Of a stretch of 35,643 nucleotides of DNA, positions 31,693 through 35,643 are shown in pieces. The position numbers were made by a program, and so were the translations under genes. Each line of letters begins with the position of its first letter. Position 1 is the stretch's first letter. This DNA comes from a virus (lineage: Duplodnaviria > Caudoviricetes), in the IMG/VR virus record IMGVR_UViG_3300011339_000249, positions 1 through 35,643 of that record; one strand, given 5' to 3'. Under the pieces are notes generated by a model that saw nothing but the letters and a program-made list of their open reading frames with translations, searched no databases and was not told the origin of the DNA.

Positions 31693-33933
31693 TCAAAATC
31701 TCCTTCTTTCGGTAAATGACCGAAGTTTAACCAACAATTGATCTGTGTTAATTGTTATTGAACTGTATGTGATAACGGCATTTTGACCTGTTACGCCATA
31801 CGTTCCCGAATCACCCAGTAAAAATCTGCCTTTGGAAAGTGTAGCAGATTGTCCGGTTATGGTATAGACACCGTAATCACCTGATAAAGCCTTTGAGCGT
31901 AACAAAGTAGCAGACTGACCAGTTACTGCGTAAGCACCGTAATCACCTGATAAAGCCTTTGAGCGTAACAAAGTAGCAGACTGACCAGTTATGGTATACG
32001 AGCCATTGTTTGCGCTTAAAACTTTAGAACGTAATAGACTTGCGGATTGTCCGGTTACTGCATAGGAGCCATTGTTTGCCGCTATGGTGTACCCTCCGTT
32101 GAATATCCATCCAATGTTACCGCCACCGTCTACATTTCCATTGGCTGTTGGCGCTAACCAAGTTGCACCGCCTGTAGCGATATTATTTGAAATATTTAAA
32201 TAAGATGTAGTTACAGTTCCGCTTGGCTTACTTAAAATTCCACCATCTAGAATATTTACTATACTGCTATTTCCATCTATAAGTAGACTAGAAACATTTA
32301 ATGTTGAACCAGCAACAAGTTGAATTTGTGCAGAAAAGGCATTTGAAGGAGAATTATTTGTTAATAGATTTGTTATTGTTTGCGTATTTCCAAGGCTTCC
32401 AATAGTAAGAGTTTGAAGAGAAGAAGCACTTCTATTTAATGTTACTGAAGGAAAAGTAGCGTTAGGAACATTTAAAGATGTAGTACTTCCACCAAAAACA
32501 AATGAAGACCCTGTAAAATCAACGGTAGTTCCTGTAAGAGTCCCAATAAATTGATTAGATATTGTAATAGTTGAGTTAAGGGTTATAGTTTTTGTGCTTA
32601 CATTATTAAAATTAAAACTAACGCAATTTAAATTGTAACTATTAGAATCAAATGATGAAGAGACAGTCCAAGTCCCACCCGTAACAGAATTTGATAATTT
32701 ATATATTGTTCCTGCCCCACCACTAATGTTTGTGGCAGTGGGCATAGAAGCAAAAACTGACTGTATGAAATTTGTTCTTGACGTATTAGTAGAAGAAAAA
32801 GTTATTGATGTAAATGGAGAACTGCTACTAAAATTATTTTGGTTTAAATAACTTCCATAAATGGTTGGCGTACTATTTGTATATGTATGAACGCCGCCAG
32901 CATTTAATAAAGTTAAATCTAAAACATAAGAACTGCTTAAAGCAATGGTTGCACCGCTGTTGCCAAAAGTAAAATTAAGGGCTTTGGCTTCTGCGCCGCC
33001 AGCCGATGTTCCGTGAGCAATAGTACAAGTACCAGACGTAGGAGAGAAACTTACGTTTGGAGTACCAGTGCATGAAAAATTTGTAATGTCTGGAAAATCC
33101 CAATACGTTGCACTAGCCGACCTTGTGTTTACATAAGACCCTGTACCAAAAGCAATAGCCCTTGTATTGTTATTGTTTGAAGAAAAAATTCCAAAATGAG
33201 TTAATGTGAAATTATTTAAATCTAGTGTGCCTGACGTTAATGTTATTGTTCTTAATGTTGTAGTGCCAACAGCTAAAGCATCTTGTAATCTGTAAGTTGC
33301 AGTACCAGAAAATGTAATTGGAAAATTTAAATTTAATGCCGCACTTACTATATTTTGTGTTCCGCTGGTAGCCGCAAAAGTTACCACGCCTGTGCCAGTA
33401 GCTATAGTCATTCCTGATTTAAATGTCAAATTACCATAAATCGTTAGCGTAGTACCAGTGGAACTAGCTTTTGACCCTGTAAATGTATTACTATAAACAA
33501 GACTTCTAATTGCTGTGCCAGTAGTAAAGTTTGTACTACCAGTTCCAGCAACAAATTGAAAACTTATGCTGTTTGCTTCTGTTGGCAATCCTGCATTAAT
33601 TGTCCTTGATGTTCCAGAACTATTTGTGCAAACTATTAGCGGAGTTCCGGTTACGTTATATGTTGCCGCACCAGTAAAAATAGTTCCTGTACTATTTAAA
33701 GAAATTGTATTTGTTCCAAATGCCAGAGTTCCAGTAAACCCCGTCATTGTTAGCGTTTGAATCGTAACGCTTACATTTACTGTTGCAGTACCAGCACCTG
33801 ATAACGCATTAAATGTCGCCGTATCTGCTGTACTTGGGACACTCGCACCCCTTGCGCCGCCAGATGTAGCACTCCAATTAGATGTGCTTGTCCAGTTACC
33901 TGAACCGCCAGAAACCCAAAATCTTGCCGCCAT
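31693..33933 (-). CDS. Large beta-helix-like fibre/adhesin with five C-terminal 22-aa repeats
   Basis: 746 aa, T/S/G/N-rich; N-terminus RFWVSGGSGNWTSTSNWSATSGG; visibly AT-richer than the flanks. Confidence 0.7.
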   Translation of the reverse strand: MAARFWVSGGSGNWTSTSNWSATSGGARGASVPSTADTATFNALSGAGTATVNVSVTIQTLTMTGFTGTLAFGTNTISLNSTGTIFTGAATYNVTGTPLIVCTNSSGTSRTINAGLPTEANSISFQFVAGTGSTNFTTGTAIRSLVYSNTFTGSKASSTGTTLTIYGNLTFKSGMTIATGTGVVTFAATSGTQNIVSAALNLNFPITFSGTATYRLQDALAVGTTTLRTITLTSGTLDLNNFTLTHFGIFSSNNNNTRAIAFGTGSYVNTRSASATYWDFPDITNFSCTGTPNVSFSPTSGTCTIAHGTSAGGAEAKALNFTFGNSGATIALSSSYVLDLTLLNAGGVHTYTNSTPTIYGSYLNQNNFSSSSPFTSITFSSTNTSRTNFIQSVFASMPTATNISGGAGTIYKLSNSVTGGTWTVSSSFDSNSYNLNCVSFNFNNVSTKTITLNSTITISNQFIGTLTGTTVDFTGSSFVFGGSTTSLNVPNATFPSVTLNRSASSLQTLTIGSLGNTQTITNLLTNNSPSNAFSAQIQLVAGSTLNVSSLLIDGNSSIVNILDGGILSKPSGTVTTSYLNISNNIATGGATWLAPTANGNVDGGGNIGWIFNGGYTIAANNGSYAVTGQSASLLRSKVLSANNGSYTITGQSATLLRSKALSGDYGAYAVTGQSATLLRSKALSGDYGVYTITGQSATLSKGRFLLGDSGTYGVTGQNAVITYSSITINTDQLLVKLRSFTERRRF
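31869..31991. repeat. 57-bp perfect direct repeat (66-bp period)
   Basis: 31869-31925 is identical to 31935-31991; encodes TGQSATLLRSKALSGDYG. Confidence 0.9.
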
Positions 33934-34115
33934 TATCCAACATCCTCATCTAACAAAGATTCTGATGGTGCAGATGTAATCAATAAAACCCAAGCATTGA
34001 TGCGTTCTTGTTTAAAAGCATCTATTTCAACATCAGTATATGTATGGTCATCAGGAAGATATAAAGCATCCCTAAACATAATTCCGTTGTGCGTATGCTC
34101 GTAGATTATTTGCAT
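33933..34115 (-). CDS. Small acidic protein accompanying the fibre gene
   Basis: 60 aa; FRDALYLPDDH...KQERINAW; TAATG coupling to the fibre gene. Confidence 0.7.
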   Translation of the reverse strand: MQIIYEHTHNGIMFRDALYLPDDHTYTDVEIDAFKQERINAWVLLITSAPSESLLDEDVG

Positions 34116-34117
34116 AA

Positions 34118-34189
34118 TTAAGCAATACCAATAAGAACAGTTGCAGCTACAGCGGCAGTGAAGTTAACAGTGAATGTACCGTACTGCAA
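34118..34189 (-). pseudogene. Orphan 3' gene fragment
   Basis: LQYGTFTVNFTAAVAATVLIGIA-stop, with an in-frame stop five codons upstream and no RBS; resembles the C-terminal strand of the upstream gene's family. Confidence 0.4.
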
Positions 34190-34208
34190 TGGAAAAAAAA
34201 GTCAATCG

Positions 34209-34607
34209 TCATGTTGCTTGGAACACGCCGTTAGTGCCGTCTAAAGTTACAGTGACTGTTTCGCTTGCCGCTACAGCTTGGCTTGATCCGTAGTCCCAAT
34301 AAGCCACGTTTGTGCCTGTTGTTGAATCAGTCAAAATTGCGTATTGAAAACTAAATCCAGCGCCAGACGCTGTCCAAAGCGTTGGGCTTGCCAATACCAA
34401 CTTAAACGTGCCGCCAGTTTGCGAGGCGCTAGTTGTACTAGCCGCATTACCGCCAGTTGTGTAGCCGTTACCGTTTGCAACTTCGGTAATTGTCCCCGCA
34501 GCTTGGCTTACCGCTGTGGCTAACTTGATCACCCATGAGTCTGAGCCAGAATTGATACCTTCAAACAAGTCCTCAATTGCTGGTTGAAATTTGTTGTACG
34601 TTGCCAT
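34209..34607 (-). CDS. Small virion structural protein (GYTxGG family)
   Basis: 132 aa; EVANGNGYTTGG, WTASG, YWDYG; GAGG RBS. Confidence 0.7.
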   Translation of the reverse strand: MATYNKFQPAIEDLFEGINSGSDSWVIKLATAVSQAAGTITEVANGNGYTTGGNAASTTSASQTGGTFKLVLASPTLWTASGAGFSFQYAILTDSTTGTNVAYWDYGSSQAVAASETVTVTLDGTNGVFQAT

Positions 34608-34616
34608 AGTAACCTC

Positions 34617-34979
34617 TTATGCCAAGTATTTCAGTTTGTAAAGTGTGCGAAGATAAATTTCAATGATGTTATCAATAAGCTGTTGCAATGACGAATCTGA
34701 CTTGTCTGCAACCTTATACCGAGCTTCTTCAATTTCAGCCAACGAGCTTTCTAAAAACTCAATGATGTTGGAAGTCTTCTTTGCCGAATGCAAAGTGATG
34801 GGGCCAATCAAACCATGACGGCCTTGGTAGGCTTCAGCAAAGTCATCTGCCGCGCCAACAATTCGGTCATAGAAAATGTTAAGTGCTTCGTGCTTGCTAA
34901 AGCTGCGGGTGTTCAAGTGAACGCTGTGCGCCACGTCCCGTGCTAGAAACAGCAAGCCTAAAAAATCAGCGGCTTTCAT
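34617..34979 (-). CDS. Ferritin/Dps-like four-helix protein (DUF5856-like)
   Basis: HLNTRSFSKHEALNIFYD...DDFAEAYQG, ending TLYKLKYL. Confidence 0.7.
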   Translation of the reverse strand: MKAADFLGLLFLARDVAHSVHLNTRSFSKHEALNIFYDRIVGAADDFAEAYQGRHGLIGPITLHSAKKTSNIIEFLESSLAEIEEARYKVADKSDSSLQQLIDNIIEIYLRTLYKLKYLA

Positions 34980-35643
34980 TGTGGCATTCCCATTTGTTGT
35001 TCAGGTGGCATCATTTCTTGCTCAGGGGGCATCATCTCTTGCTGGGGCATCTCAGGCATTTCATTGATCATATTTTGCGACTCCATTGCCGCAGCGACCA
35101 CGCCCATCGCAATATCTTGAATCTGTTGCTCAGTCATGCCCGCTTGCACCGCAGCAATTCGCTTGGTTTCAGCTTCGTACATCTTAACTTCAGCTTCAAA
35201 ATCTTTGCGCTGCATCTCCTGCGCTTCGATGGACTTGCCGACGTTCTTAAGCATCTCATGCAATTGGTCAAGCTCTTGACCCATTGCTTGCATTTGCTGT
35301 TCTGCGGCTTGTAACTCTGGTGGCTTGTCGCCGTCTTCCATGAGCTTAGGATCAATGGTCTTGGCAAACCGTTTGGCCATCTCTTGGGCACCAGGCCAGT
35401 CCATGTTCTTCACGAACAGGTCACCGGCCACAGACCACAGTTGCGGATTACCCTGCAACAGTTGGGCCATTGCTTCCAACGCCTCTTGGCGCTTGGTTGC
35501 GTAGCCTGGGCCGGTTGCCACCACCACGTCGTACTTGCCGACGCTTGGGTTGTAGATTTTTTCAATTACCACGTCGCCTTGCATGATCTTGTTGACGGCT
35601 TCAGGCTGGTCAGGGTTTAACTTGACCATGTCAGTTTCGCCGT
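34976..35643 (-). CDS. Portal protein (P22 gp1-like), C-terminal part, truncated by window end
   Basis: GKYDVVVATGPGYATKRQEA and KNMDWPGAQE motifs; Q/E/M-rich barrel tail; frame open to base 35643. Confidence 0.9.
   Translation of the reverse strand, partial: GETDMVKLNPDQPEAVNKIMQGDVVIEKIYNPSVGKYDVVVATGPGYATKRQEALEAMAQLLQGNPQLWSVAGDLFVKNMDWPGAQEMAKRFAKTIDPKLMEDGDKPPELQAAEQQMQAMGQELDQLHEMLKNVGKSIEAQEMQRKDFEAEVKMYEAETKRIAAVQAGMTEQQIQDIAMGVVAAAMESQNMINEMPEMPQQEMMPPEQEMMPPEQQMGMPQ

Overview
Nearly complete genome of a tailed dsDNA phage with a P22-like (podovirus-type) virion module. The portal gene is split across the two window ends (N-terminus 1-394, C-terminus 34976-35643, middle absent), so the window is a circularly permuted genome of about 36-37 kb. 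A divergent promoter at ~8300-8440 drives a rightward early arm (Sak4-like ATPase, SSB, Cas4-like nuclease, SF2 helicase, many small ORFs) and a leftward arm (Cro-like HTH, primase-helicase, iteron origin, RusA-like resolvase, TerS, TerL, portal, head, tail, ejection and lysis genes). No integrase, CI-type repressor, DNA polymerase, tRNA or CRISPR array was seen. The most unusual part lies between terS and terL. It holds (i) a 682-aa cysteine-free protein with an intact HhH-GPD DNA-glycosylase/AP-lyase motif that shares a short N-x-L-A-(P/T) tag with the DNA-ejection proteins, (ii) a candidate ~75-nt sRNA with an anti-Shine-Dalgarno loop, and (iii) a compact cluster of host-factor sites (DnaA boxes, a 28-bp dif-like XerCD site, a consensus IHF site). 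All calls come from motif recognition by eye; no database searches were run.
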